Assembly: GCA_905182015.1 (NCBI GenBank)
Contig: CAJIZT010000007.1
Location: forward strand, 147,570-211,569
DNA length: 64,000 bases
From: an alpha proteobacterium MED-G09
Lineage (GTDB): Bacteria > Pseudomonadota > Alphaproteobacteria > MED-G09
Direction: 5' to 3'
Below the pieces are notes generated by a model. That model saw only the letters and a program-made list of their open reading frames with translations. It was not told the origin of the DNA and made no database searches. Positions 1 through 11,000 of this stretch are shown here, in pieces. Position 1 is the first letter of the stretch. Every line of letters begins with the position of its first letter. The position numbers were made by a program, and so were the translations under genes.

Positions 1-695
1 AGCTGACCTCTGATAGATTGACGGTCTCTATTATTGATCTTAGTTCCTAAAAATAGATTATCTACAAATCCGTCGCGTTCAGTTGTAGATGCTGAAAGTC
101 TAAAGGAGGTTTTTTCTGTTAGCGGCCCAGTAACCGTTCCTCTAAGTTTTTTTAGACCGTAATCACCAGCAGTAATTTCAAGTTTTCCTCCAAACTCTTG
201 TTCGGGAAGTTTTGTTGTAATACTGATAACACCAGCAGATGAATTTTTACCAAACAGTGTTGATTGAGGTCCTTTAATAACTTCTATGCGTTCAACGGAA
301 ATTAAATCATTAAGAGCTGATTGATTTCTTGAAATCATAACACCATCTATAGATATGGCGACGGCAGGTTCAACACCTGGATTGTTTGCCCCATTTCCAA
401 AACCCCTAATTAAAAAAGTATTTTGATTTGCAAACTGCTGTTGAGCAATCTTTAAGGATGGAACTGAAGATTGAAGATCGAGAACATCACTAATTGCCAG
501 CTGATCCATTTGCTCAACACTAATAACTGAAATAGATATAGGTGCATCCTGAAGTGTTGTCGCCCTTTTGGTGGCAGTAACAACTATTTCTTCAATAAAA
601 ATTGATGGTTGAGTATTTGTTTGGGCTTGTGAGTTATTCGGTGTAACTAAAGTTATAGTTAAAATAAATGCAAATGCATATAGATGCCAACGCAT
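1..695 (-). CDS. TonB-dependent receptor, N-terminal part (runs off the left edge; absent from ORF track)
   Basis: Manual translation from ATG 695 (SD GGGGAG): MRWHLYAFAFILTITL signal peptide, EEIVVTATKR TonB-box region, plug motif VERIEVIKGPQSTLFGKNSSAGVISI. Confidence 0.93.
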   Translation of the reverse strand, partial: MRWHLYAFAFILTITLVTPNNSQAQTNTQPSIFIEEIVVTATKRATTLQDAPISISVISVEQMDQLAISDVLDLQSSVPSLKIAQQQFANQNTFLIRGFGNGANNPGVEPAVAISIDGVMISRNQSALNDLISVERIEVIKGPQSTLFGKNSSAGVISITTKLPEQEFGGKLEITAGDYGLKKLRGTVTGPLTEKTSFRLSASTTERDGFVDNLFLGTKINNRDRQSIRGQ

Positions 696-844
696 AGTAG
701 TCTCCCCTACGTTAACAATGCTTTATTATTATTTTTATTGATTGTTAGTGTTAAAAAAAACTACATTAAAGTATTGATTCATTTAGCACAACATCAAATA
801 CTTATTAATTTTGACTAATGCTTCCCCAATCGACGATGGCTTTT

Positions 845-1762
845 CTATTTAAGATTTATCTCCTTCAGTCTTATCTCTAAGTAATCATTGGCAAGAATTT
901 CTTCAGGGTATAGATTTGGATTTTCTTTATCAATACAATGTTTAAGTGTTTTGATAGAAAAATCTGGATTTAGATGAATAAAAAATGGCATTGAGTATCT
1001 TGAAGTATTTATATTGCCAGAATTAACAACTCTATGTGTGGTTGATTTTAGTTTATTGTTACTCAGCCTTTGGAGCATATCTCCCACATTACAAACAATG
1101 ACATTTGCATCTGTATTTATTGGAAGCCAGTTATTATTTCTATCTAAGACCTCCAATCCTTCTTGCTGGGCTCCAAACAAAAGAGTTATTAAGTTTATAT
1201 CCTCATGTGCCGCAGCTCTAATTCCCTTAATTTTTTTGTTAATAGGCGGATAATGGATGAGTCTAAGTATCGAGTTGCCTTGATTGATTTTATTATCAAA
1301 CCAATTGGGTCTTAGATCTAAATATAAAGAAATATATGAAAGTATTTCTTTTCCTAGACCATCTAAATCATTGAAAAATTTATCTAGTTTTTGATTGAAA
1401 TTTTTTATATTAGAGATCTTTTCATTTTGAGGCATTTTTTCTTTATATGGGTTCAACCAGTTAGACCTCCCATGATGCCAAAATTCTTTTTGGTCTGAGG
1501 ATTTTGCGTTGACTGCCTTCTCTATGCCAAATGGTGTATATCCTCTTTGCCCAGCCCCATTATTCTGCTGATAATTTATCTTATTCTTTAGTGGAAGATT
1601 AAAAATTTTCTTTGAAATCTTTAAGGTATCATTAATAAGTTTTGTATTAATTCCATGATCTTTTATGGCAAAAAAACCAAAATCTTCGCAAGCATGACCA
1701 ATTTCTTTTGCTATGTCATTATTAGAATTGGTTTTCTTTAAAGAGGTTATTGGAATATTCAT
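845..1762 (-). CDS. Isopenicillin N synthase-like 2OG-Fe(II) oxygenase
   Basis: ACEDFGFF DIOX_N motif, LRLIHYPP, HxD (AHEDINLITLL), NVGDMLQR, distal His in STTHRV, RYS 2OG-binding motif. Confidence 0.92.
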   Translation of the reverse strand: MNIPITSLKKTNSNNDIAKEIGHACEDFGFFAIKDHGINTKLINDTLKISKKIFNLPLKNKINYQQNNGAGQRGYTPFGIEKAVNAKSSDQKEFWHHGRSNWLNPYKEKMPQNEKISNIKNFNQKLDKFFNDLDGLGKEILSYISLYLDLRPNWFDNKINQGNSILRLIHYPPINKKIKGIRAAAHEDINLITLLFGAQQEGLEVLDRNNNWLPINTDANVIVCNVGDMLQRLSNNKLKSTTHRVVNSGNINTSRYSMPFFIHLNPDFSIKTLKHCIDKENPNLYPEEILANDYLEIRLKEINLK

Positions 1763-1771
1763 TTTTTAAAG

Positions 1772-2191
1772 TTATTTGGTTTCTATATTCAATTGACCTT
1801 TTAAGCCTAAAGATCGGCGCTTTTCACTCTCCAGATAGTCTTTATCTATAATCATTTCAAGCATAGCTTTTCTAATAGGATATTTTACTATCACTACCCA
1901 ATCCCATAATTCTTCAATTTCACCAATCATTAATTGACTTACAACTCCAGAAAAAATTCCTTCACCGCCAACTTTTTTTAAATGAATATTTTGACATGCT
2001 TGACTATAAATAGCCCAAGCCTCCTGTCCTGTTCGGTCCTGTCCTGTGATGTTTGTTTCTCGCCTATCTTTATAGACAGCTGTTTCTTTAAACTTTAAAA
2101 GATTTATCATGGATATTGGTTTATCTACATCTCCTTTACTAAAATCCTCTATTTGTTCATCATTAGGTCTTAGAGCGTTCTTAATTTTCAT
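1772..2191 (-). CDS. DUF1330 family protein
   Basis: PISMINLLKFK ... WDWVVIVKYP ... DYLE pattern of DUF1330 dimeric alpha/beta barrel proteins. Confidence 0.8.
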   Translation of the reverse strand: MKIKNALRPNDEQIEDFSKGDVDKPISMINLLKFKETAVYKDRRETNITGQDRTGQEAWAIYSQACQNIHLKKVGGEGIFSGVVSQLMIGEIEELWDWVVIVKYPIRKAMLEMIIDKDYLESEKRRSLGLKGQLNIETK

Positions 2192-2976
2192 TTCTTTACT
2201 TCCCCATTGCTAATTATTTTATTTGCCTTAACCACTAATGCTCCGAGTGGTGTGCTGATGATAAACTTTATTGGAATCCAAACCTTCTCTTTCTCAAAAT
2301 AACTATACCAGTATCTAATAGAGTTGCGCTCTGAGGCAGTTTCAAGAAAATCACTATCCTCATAGCCAATTATTGGATTAAAGGATCCCATACAAATAAA
2401 TGTTTCATATTCAATTTCATCAATAATGAGTTTTGTTTTTTTATTTTTTTTACTCATTTTAATTTCATAAGAGCGGACTCCATCAAAACTTTTACTATTT
2501 TCTAAGCATGGATTTTTGAGAGTACCAGAAACAACAAATGCACTATTGGGGTCTCTAGAATTTGTACCATATTTCTTTAGCTCATCCATGCTTAATGTAT
2601 CACTGTCATTATATTTTGGATCAGATTCTAATTCCACGGGAATACCTTCCCGATACTTTATTCTTGCATTCCTTGACTTATTTTTATTTTTTATTTCATA
2701 GGAGAAAGTATAAAGTTCCGGTTGAATTTGGTTATTAATCAAAATACCTTTACTTTCCGAGCTAAAAACAAAACTCACGAAAGTATCGACTATACCTGCT
2801 GCTAATATTTCAGTTTTAATATTCCATTTTTCTTTTTTCAAGTTTACCGAATAGGTTAATTCAGCAATTCGCAAACCACCAAGGTTTGCGGAATATGAAA
2901 TAGTATTCTGAGCTTTTAACTGTAACGGATTATTAATTAATAATATTAATGCGGTAATTAATTTATATTTTTTCAT
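2188..2976 (-). CDS. DUF3108 domain exported protein
   Basis: Signal peptide, Y..LGGL.IA N-terminus, DP.SA and FDG..SY motifs, C-terminal IP...TPLG. Confidence 0.75.
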   Translation of the reverse strand: MKKYKLITALILLINNPLQLKAQNTISYSANLGGLRIAELTYSVNLKKEKWNIKTEILAAGIVDTFVSFVFSSESKGILINNQIQPELYTFSYEIKNKNKSRNARIKYREGIPVELESDPKYNDSDTLSMDELKKYGTNSRDPNSAFVVSGTLKNPCLENSKSFDGVRSYEIKMSKKNKKTKLIIDEIEYETFICMGSFNPIIGYEDSDFLETASERNSIRYWYSYFEKEKVWIPIKFIISTPLGALVVKANKIISNGEVKK

Positions 2977-3065
2977 TTTATCTACTCCAACTTAACAAAC
3001 CTTACAATCAAGTCTAGCTTGTTTTTTATAAGAGGGCTATTGTCTGATTGATTTGGAGTTATAGT

Positions 3066-3692
3066 ATGAAATTTAAAGCGATAATATGGGATTTTGGCGG
3101 CGTAATAACTTCCAGTCCCTTTGATGCCTTTAATGATTTTGAAGGATCTAATGGTCTTCCTAAAGACACAATAAGAACAATAAACTCTGAGAATCCAGAT
3201 AACAATGCTTGGGCGAAATTCGAAAGGAATGATATCGGTTTAGATGAATTTGATAATTTATTTGGAATCGAGGCTGGGCTAAAAGGCTTTAAAATTACTG
3301 GAAAACAGATTGTGAGATTATTATCAGGAACAATTAGACCCATTATGGTTGATTTTCTTTTGAGCTTAAAGGGCCAATACAAGCTTGGGTGTATAACGAA
3401 TAATGTACAGTCTGACGAGAAAGTTAAGGCAGCTCTAATAAATGATGCATCGCGGGTTATGAAGATATTTGATCATGTTATTGAATCCTCAAAAATAGGT
3501 ATCAGAAAGCCCGATCCAAAGATTTATGAAATGTCATGCAAATCTCTAGAGGTCTCGGCTAATGAGTGTATCTATCTTGATGATCTGGGTATAAACTTAA
3601 AGCCTGCGCGTACTTTGGGGATGACGACCATCAAGGTTATTGATCCGCATGTTGCTATCGCTGAAGTAAAAGAATACCTTAATTGGGTGTAA
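3066..3692 (+). CDS. HAD-IA family hydrolase (epoxide hydrolase N-terminal phosphatase-like)
   Basis: IIWDFGGVI motif I, ITNN, RKPDPKIY, YLDDLGINL; ATG 3066 follows GGAG. Confidence 0.9.
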   Translation: MKFKAIIWDFGGVITSSPFDAFNDFEGSNGLPKDTIRTINSENPDNNAWAKFERNDIGLDEFDNLFGIEAGLKGFKITGKQIVRLLSGTIRPIMVDFLLSLKGQYKLGCITNNVQSDEKVKAALINDASRVMKIFDHVIESSKIGIRKPDPKIYEMSCKSLEVSANECIYLDDLGINLKPARTLGMTTIKVIDPHVAIAEVKEYLNWV

Positions 3693-3698
3693 AGATTT

Positions 3699-4988
3699 AT
3701 GGAAAATAATCAAAATACGATAGCAAGTTTAGGACCTGGAATAAGAGTAAAAACCCTCATTAATTTGAGGTGGGTTGCTGCATTAGGTCAAATAATTACC
3801 TGTATAGTTGTAGGTTATTTCTTTGGTTTTCAATTACCATGGCTGGAGTTACTCCTAACAATATTTGCGCTAGTTATCTCTAATTTGATTTTATACCCCC
3901 TTTACTCAACCAAGAATAGATTAAGCGAAACCTCGACAACCTTTGTTATCGCTGGCGACATTGTTCAACTGGCTTTGCTAATATTTTTTACAGGGGGCTT
4001 AGCCAATCCGTTTGTTGTTTTATTTATAACCCCAATTGCAATCACGGTTACAAGTCTACCAATAAAATCAACTTCAATTCTTATAACTCTAACTATTATT
4101 TTTATTACTATTCTAGGATACGTCAATTACCCTCTTGTCAATAACGCGATCAATCTATCCTCTCCTCCGATTTTTATTTTAGGAATGTGGGTTTCTCTTT
4201 TTGTAACAATTTTATTTTTAACTTTTTATGCTGGCGGCCTAACTGATGAATCTAGAAAAATATCAGCAGCCTTAAAGATAGCAGAAAATTTACTAGTAAA
4301 AGAAAAGAACCTGTCTTCACTGGATGGATTGGCGGCCGCCGCAGCTCATCACCTTGGAACTCCGTTAGGCACCATCAGTTTAATTGCAAATGAACTGAAA
4401 GATGATAATGATATCCCTCAATCGGCAAAAGAGGACCTAATGATTCTGTCTGATGAGGTCGACAAGTGTAAAAAAATTCTTGGTTCCCTGGGAGAAAAAC
4501 CATCTAGTGATGATGATCTTATTACAAAGATAGAACTTCAGGCTCTCCTTGAGGAATTGTGTGAGCTGATTAAAGTAAAAGGCATAAAATTTTCAATTAA
4601 TTTCAATAATGATGGTCTTGACCTTAAGAAGGTTTTATTAAAAAGGCGATCCGAATTACTTCTGGGTTTATCTAATATTGTTGAAAATGCAGCTGACTTT
4701 GCAAAGGATATCGTTGAATTAAACGTAACTCATGTCGAAGATTCTATAAGACTAGAAATCAGTGATGATGGACCAGGATTTTCTGGTTCCATTTTAAGTA
4801 GGCTTGGAGATCCTTATGTTTCAAGTCGACCAAATCCTTCTGATCAAGGTAATGGTCTGGGGTTGGGTTTTTTTATTTCAAAAACATTATTAGAGAGACT
4901 GGGCATCAAGGTTCTTGCGTATAACAAAGTTTATCCAGACCACGGGGCTATAGTTTCAATTTCAATTCCGGTAGACGAGCGAAGTTAG
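3699..4988 (+). CDS. regB: RegB/PrrB/ActS redox sensor histidine kinase
   Basis: N-terminal TM helices, TGGLANPF quinone-binding motif, AAAAAHxLGTP H-box, KCK redox Cys, ENA, DDGPG and GLGLG boxes; adjacent regA. Confidence 0.95.
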   Translation: MENNQNTIASLGPGIRVKTLINLRWVAALGQIITCIVVGYFFGFQLPWLELLLTIFALVISNLILYPLYSTKNRLSETSTTFVIAGDIVQLALLIFFTGGLANPFVVLFITPIAITVTSLPIKSTSILITLTIIFITILGYVNYPLVNNAINLSSPPIFILGMWVSLFVTILFLTFYAGGLTDESRKISAALKIAENLLVKEKNLSSLDGLAAAAAHHLGTPLGTISLIANELKDDNDIPQSAKEDLMILSDEVDKCKKILGSLGEKPSSDDDLITKIELQALLEELCELIKVKGIKFSINFNNDGLDLKKVLLKRRSELLLGLSNIVENAADFAKDIVELNVTHVEDSIRLEISDDGPGFSGSILSRLGDPYVSSRPNPSDQGNGLGLGFFISKTLLERLGIKVLAYNKVYPDHGAIVSISIPVDERS

Positions 4989-5018
4989 AGCTTGTAAAAG
5001 AAAGGATAAATAAAAGGT

Positions 5019-5558
5019 ATGATTAAATTGCACGATAGAAAAAATATTATTGTCGTTGATGATGATCAGGTTTGGTTAAACCAGTTGTCTCGAGCGTTAA
5101 CAAGAAGAGGGTGTGTGACTTTTGAAGCTAAATCAGTTCAAGAAGCTAGATTGGTATTAGATTCAGAAGAAATTGACTATGGAGTAATTGATCTCCGGTT
5201 AGGCGATGGAGATGGGTTGGAGGTTATATTGGAGCTTCAAAAAATTAACCCAAAAGCGCGATCAGTTATTCTTACTGGATTTGGCAATATTGCCAATGCT
5301 GTTTCAGCAATCAAAGTTGGTGCTATTGATTATTTATCTAAACCAGCAGGTATTGATGATATATGCGCTGCTCTTTTTGCAAAAACAACTAAAAAACCTG
5401 CTCCTCCAGAAGAACCGATGAGCGCAAATCGTGTAAGGTGGGAGCATATACAGAGGGTTTATGAGCTTTGTGATAAGAATGTATCTGAAACTGCAAGAAG
5501 ATTAAAAATGCATAGGAGAACTCTTCAAAGAATTTTGTCTAAGAGAGCCCCAAATTAA
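5019..5558 (+). CDS. regA: RegA/PrrA/ActR response regulator
   Basis: Receiver domain plus conserved PMSANRVRWEHIQRVYELCDKNVSETARRLKMHRRTLQRIL HTH. Confidence 0.97.
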   Translation: MIKLHDRKNIIVVDDDQVWLNQLSRALTRRGCVTFEAKSVQEARLVLDSEEIDYGVIDLRLGDGDGLEVILELQKINPKARSVILTGFGNIANAVSAIKVGAIDYLSKPAGIDDICAALFAKTTKKPAPPEEPMSANRVRWEHIQRVYELCDKNVSETARRLKMHRRTLQRILSKRAPN

Positions 5559-6043
5559 GTATCAATAATAGTGATAAATTGCTCAAGAGCTTTTTCTGAA
5601 AATTTTAACATATTTTCCATTCGATTTTCTGAATTTGTATATATATGATTTGTTTTTTCTTTTATTCCTGCGACAGAAAAACAAGAGTAACCAGCTGGGT
5701 CGCCATAACCATTTCCCAAGGGTCCTGAAGCTCCAGTCTCTCCAATACACCAATCCGTATTATACATTTCACAACCTTTTTGAGCTATTAGTAATGCAAA
5801 AGGCTCGCTGCTAGAACGTATATTTTTTTCTTTCAATTCTCTCAATCTTAAACCTGTTAGAGCCCTTATAGATCGAGCGGTATAGACAACCTGCCCACCC
5901 ATATAATATTTAGAAGCTCCAGAATGTGATAATAGCGCAGCAGATATTAACCCTCCTGATGATGACTCCACAACGGATATAGTTTGTTCTTTGTTTTTTA
6001 AGATTTCTGATACCCTATTTGAGATCTCTCTTAATTTATCCAT
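5555..6043 (-). CDS. CinA/PncC C-terminal domain family protein (divergent)
   Basis: VVESSSGGLISA, GASKYY, ETGASGP; probable start ATG 6043 overlapping the upstream stop. Confidence 0.85.
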   Translation of the reverse strand: MDKLREISNRVSEILKNKEQTISVVESSSGGLISAALLSHSGASKYYMGGQVVYTARSIRALTGLRLRELKEKNIRSSSEPFALLIAQKGCEMYNTDWCIGETGASGPLGNGYGDPAGYSCFSVAGIKEKTNHIYTNSENRMENMLKFSEKALEQFITIIDT

Positions 6044-6851
6044 TCTTCTTCTCCTTGATAAAACGACTTCCTTTTTTTGGTGGGTCTTCTGGAGGTCCAG
6101 CAAAGCACTGTGCTATTGACATCCACATTGAGGCAACATCACCCTTTACTATCAAACTTGTATCTTTAATATTTCTAACCTGAGTTACAACCTGACAAAA
6201 TTCTGTTGCACTTCCTATAATCGAATTATCATTATTTTGTGTATTCCATTCCCATTTTTCGTTAGTTGGAGATTCTAAAATTAACTTAGGCCGATCTTTG
6301 GGAACTTCAATGGATCTATTTCTATAGGTCCACCCAAAAGTATTGATACCCATAATTACAATATTTTTAATACGATCATCGTCTTTTCTAATAATTCCAA
6401 GCTGATCATATATTTCTTGTCCGTGAGACCATGTCTCCATAAGCCTAGCAGTTATACTGGATCGTACACTCATATCTGGACCGGCCCACTTAACTCTTTT
6501 TTTTGGATCAGCCTCTGAGAACTTATCAGATACTTTTTCGAAACCCTCTTTCCATTCAGCCAGAAGATCAGCACCAGATCTATTATTGGAAAGTTCTTTT
6601 TCATAAGCCCTTGCGGAGTAACCAGCCCTAATTGTATTAAAAAATTTTTTCATAAATTTAGTAAACTCTTCTTGGTCAGATAGGGATAGATAAGCAGCGT
6701 TATTCCATACATGAAGATGGTAAAGAACGTCATTAATGGTCCATGATTTGAATTGAGTTTGAGAATTAAAGAGATCATCCTTTGTGCCTTTTAATACATC
6801 ATACAATGCATTACTTTCATCTCTAAAATCTATACTTTGTTTTAATGCCAT
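6036..6851 (-). CDS. TIGR03084-like metal-binding protein (DinB/MDMPI superfamily)
   Basis: WTINDVLYHL, WAGPDMS, TARLMETWSHGQ, QCFAGPP motifs. Confidence 0.85.
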   Translation of the reverse strand: MALKQSIDFRDESNALYDVLKGTKDDLFNSQTQFKSWTINDVLYHLHVWNNAAYLSLSDQEEFTKFMKKFFNTIRAGYSARAYEKELSNNRSGADLLAEWKEGFEKVSDKFSEADPKKRVKWAGPDMSVRSSITARLMETWSHGQEIYDQLGIIRKDDDRIKNIVIMGINTFGWTYRNRSIEVPKDRPKLILESPTNEKWEWNTQNNDNSIIGSATEFCQVVTQVRNIKDTSLIVKGDVASMWMSIAQCFAGPPEDPPKKGSRFIKEKKNG

Positions 6852-6969
6852 TGATCGCTAATTTATAAAATAGTAATAGATTAGGGGTACCCAGATGAGT
6901 GAGGTTGTTATTAAGCCCTTTATAGCTTGGTAAGTAATCCATAGCCAAAAATAACGCTTACAAAACTCT

Positions 6970-7986
6970 TTAATTTTTTTGAACATATGACAACCAACTT
7001 GGTATAGGTAAATTATTTTCTTCTAAAAAACCAGCATTAAACATTTTGCCTTGGTAGCGATTAGCTAGATCACATAAAATAGTTACTATTGTTTTTCCTT
7101 TACCTAGAGATTTAGCTAATTTTTTTGCTCCAGCAATATTTATTCCAGAAGATAACCCTAAAAATAAACCCTCTTTTTCAATTAAATCATATAAAATAGT
7201 TAATGCCTCGGAATCTTTAACTCTAAATGGGATATCCACTGACATTCCTTTAATATTTTCTGTGACCCTTCCTTGTCCTATTCCCTCTGTTATTGAGCTT
7301 CCCTCTGACTTAAGTTCGCCATCTTTAAAAAAACTATACATACAAGCGCCCATAGGGTCGGCAAGTCCTATATTTATTTTTTTATTCTTAGATTTTAAGT
7401 AAGATCCTACTCCAGAAAGAGTTCCGCCCGTTCCGATAGCGCATATAAAGCCATCGATTGTACCATTGGTTTGTTCCCATATTTCCGGTCCTGTTGTTTC
7501 AATATGCGCTCTTTGGTTTGCAACGTTATCAAACTGATTTGCCCAGTAAGCTCCATTAGTAAGCTTTTTATTTAAGTCCTTAGCAAGATCACCAGAATAT
7601 TTAATATAATTATTTGGATCTTTATATGGAACAGCAGGTACCTGAATTAATTCTGCACCAGAAAAACGAATAGCATCTTTTTTTTCTTGTGATTGAGTGT
7701 CTGGCATAACGATTGTAGTTTTGTAACCTAACGAATTTCCCACAAGGGATAGCCCAATCCCAGTATTACCTGCGGTACCTTCGATTATTGTTCCGCCCTT
7801 ACCTAGTAATTTTTTTTGTTCTGCATCTCTAATAATATAAAGAGCCGCCCTGTCTTTTATTGACTGTCCTGGGTTAAGGAATTCTGCTTTTCCATATATT
7901 TTACAACCAGTTTCTTCAGAAGCACTTTTTAAATAAATTAATGGCGTATTCCCAATCATTTCTATTATATTATTATATTTTTTCAT
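6970..7986 (-). CDS. cysK: Cysteine synthase A (O-acetylserine sulfhydrylase)
   Basis: IGNTPL, KAEFLNPGQSIKDR (PLP Lys), EGTAGNTG, GTGGT. Confidence 0.93.
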   Translation of the reverse strand: MKKYNNIIEMIGNTPLIYLKSASEETGCKIYGKAEFLNPGQSIKDRAALYIIRDAEQKKLLGKGGTIIEGTAGNTGIGLSLVGNSLGYKTTIVMPDTQSQEKKDAIRFSGAELIQVPAVPYKDPNNYIKYSGDLAKDLNKKLTNGAYWANQFDNVANQRAHIETTGPEIWEQTNGTIDGFICAIGTGGTLSGVGSYLKSKNKKINIGLADPMGACMYSFFKDGELKSEGSSITEGIGQGRVTENIKGMSVDIPFRVKDSEALTILYDLIEKEGLFLGLSSGINIAGAKKLAKSLGKGKTIVTILCDLANRYQGKMFNAGFLEENNLPIPSWLSYVQKN

Positions 7987-8064
7987 ATATTTAGGTCTTT
8001 ATGTCACATATAAAACAGGATATGTATCTTATAAAAATAGAAATCAGATTATGATAATTAAATA

Positions 8065-11000
8065 ATGAAAACATTAAAACACATAAGAAAAAAAATGATA
8101 ACAATATTATCACTTAAAGAAAAATTTAATTTACACCACGTTATTTTAATTATTCTCGTATTATTCCTGCCTGATAACGTCATCTCTGAAGAAGAAAACA
8201 TAATTGACGATATAGTAGTGGTTGGTAGCAGAATAAATAATGAAAGATTGATAAAAATACTACCAGTAACAATTATTAGATCAGAAGAGATTGAATTGCT
8301 GGGAATAGATTCCGGTGATGACTTAATAGCAAGTTTGGTAGAGCAGGGAACAAATAAATTCAATGATGCTGGCAACGCTATTGCCGGCGTAAATAGTGCT
8401 CGTGGAGATATGGGAGCCTTTAATCTTCGTAATATGGGGACTGGTAATACATTAGTTTTACTAAACGGAAGAAGGTTAATAAACTCGCCAAGCTTTCAAT
8501 CAGAGTCGGTTGGAGGAAGTTTTGTTCCTGTTAATTCAGTAAACACAAATACTTTGCCTGTAAGAGGAATCGAAAGACTTGAGATCTTAAGAGACGGCTC
8601 GTCAGCAATTTATGGTGCTGATGCAGTCGCAGGTGTTATTAATGTAGTTACAAAAAAAAATATTGAGGGTTTCGCCCTAAGAGTTAAGGCGACTAGTTTT
8701 GAAAATTTTAATCGATCAGATTCCCAAATAAATTTTGAATATGGATCAAATTTTAATTCTGGTAATACTAAGTTATCTTTGATTTACAGCTATTATGATC
8801 GTGATCCAGTTAAGGCAAGTGAAGATGAGCGTATGGGCATTTCTAACTGGAGAGACCTTCCTCAAATCGCAGGGACTAAATGGGATACTACGCGTTTTAG
8901 AAGAAGCTCAATTAACTCACCTTACGGACAGTTTGATGTTGAACGAAGTGTTAAAGGGTTTAGATTTTTTAATGAGCAAGGATTAACAGATAAATCCGGT
9001 GAATTTGAGATATTTCCCGATACTGAACCAAAGTGCTTGGTCGACCTTAAAAATGGGGCATGTATAGCAGCTGATACATCGACAAAACGATACAACCTCA
9101 ATACAGAAAGATGGGTTATATCAGATCTAAGCAGGAACAATCTCCAGGTTAACCTTTCTCATGACTTTACTGGCGGTGTTCGAGGGTTTACTGAATTATC
9201 TTATTATTCTTCAGAAACTAAACAAAACAATAGCCCTTCTACTACATTCTCGTCATCAAAATTAATTGTTCCTGAGTCCAATTACTGGAATCCTTTCGGA
9301 GTTAAATTTCTTCCTGATGGGACTATCAATCCTAATCGTCTGAATGATTCTGACGCTATGGGTATTCCTGATGAAGGCCTCGCAATAATTATGGACAATT
9401 ATAGGTTTGTTGATGTGGGGCCGAGAAGAGTAAACGTCGAAAAAGATACTTATAGACTCTTGCAGGGATTCAGGGGGGCTTGGAAAGGTTGGGATTGGGA
9501 AACAGCATTATTTATTTCTAAAGCAAGCTCTGATGACATAACAAGTAACCGATTATCAAATACCTTAGTAGAGGAATCATTATCGTTATCTTCACCTCAA
9601 GCATATAACCCGTTTAATGGAGGAGGTAACTATGATGACTATTTATTGTACGGAAAGGATCAGACCTCTAGTGGGGAAGGTTCAATTGAAAATGCTATTA
9701 TTGACGTTTATAGAAAAGGTGAAAGGGAGTTAAAAGGGTGGGACCTTAGGTTAGAAAATTTAAATTTTTTACAAATAAATTCTGGATTTATTGCACTTGT
9801 GACGGGAATAGAGTTTCGCGAAGACTCATTTAAGGATGATCGAGATCCAAGGCTGGATGGTACAATCCAATATACGGATAGTGATGGAGATACATACCCC
9901 TTTGTAAGTGATGTTATTAACTCAAGCCCGACCCCAGATAACTCTGGTAAAAGAGATGTGTTTTCAGCCTTTATCGAATTAGCCATCCCTTTGATTTCTA
10001 ATGAAATGAACATTCCGTTCGTAAGGAGTTTGGATGTTCAGCTTGCAGGCAGGTATGAAGATTTTTCTGACATAGGAAGTAAGGCCGTCCCAAAAATTGG
10101 TATTGGTTGGCAGGTAGATGATGAAGTTATGTTTAGGGGTTCATGGTCAAAAGGATTTAGAGCTCCAAATTTAATTCAGATCAATGAATCAATAGGAGCA
10201 CGTCAGATTTACGGTGTTGATGCGCTTCTGTGCCTTCAACAAATAAATAATAATGGAACAATAGATTATTGTGATTACTCCCTTCAAAAAATTGCGAGAG
10301 GCAGTGGAGAATTAAAGGCTGAAGAATCAACAAATTTTTCAATCGGCGTTGTGTACGAGCCTAAAAGTATTAGGAATCTAATCTTCACATTAGATTGGTG
10401 GAAAATTGAGAAAGAAGACACCATAGGGCTCTTTGGCGAAGATAATATTATGCTTACAGATTTAGTTTTGCGTATGGAGTCTAATAACTTAACTGATTGC
10501 TCTTTAGTACAGTCCAGTCCTTTTGTTTTTAGAGAAGACCCTGATGAAGGCCAGATTGAAGATTACCTAAACGCGGGAATTTGTCCTGCAGGGCGTGTTT
10601 CTAGAGTTGAGGAAAGTTATCAAAATTTAGACACAAGAATTTTGAGTGGTTTCGACGTTTCTCTATATTATTCCCTAAAGAGTTCTCTAGGAAATTTTAA
10701 ATTTGCTTTAAATATTGCTAAATTAGAAGAGTTTAAGCAGCAAGCTGGTAACGATTTTATTAAACTTATTGATGCGCAAGAGAAGAATATTATTCCCAAG
10801 GAATTAGCCATCAGCGGGTTCTCAGATCTTTTAGAAAAAGATGGGTCACCCGAGATGCAGGCAAGTATAAGGTTTCTTTGGAGCAATGGGCCCTTAGGCC
10901 TTGGATTTTTTGCGAAGCATGTAGGTGAATTCTATGAAACGAGGAATAGACTTTCCGATGGAACCTTATGGACAGTCGAGGATTATAATACAATTAATGG

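Noticed and set aside
770-803. SAM-V-like words (GUAUUUGAUG-UUGUGC) in the first TBDR leader, sharing a 12-mer with the ompW riboswitch
   Set aside because: There is no P1 3' strand after UUGUGC and no AAA-GCAC-UAAA tail at the SD. It folds better as a simple hairpin, and AT-rich 12-mer matches are expected by chance.
8046-8064. Fur-box-like sequence before the second TBDR
   Set aside because: It matches about 12 of 19 positions, mostly in one half, which is not meaningful in AT-rich DNA.
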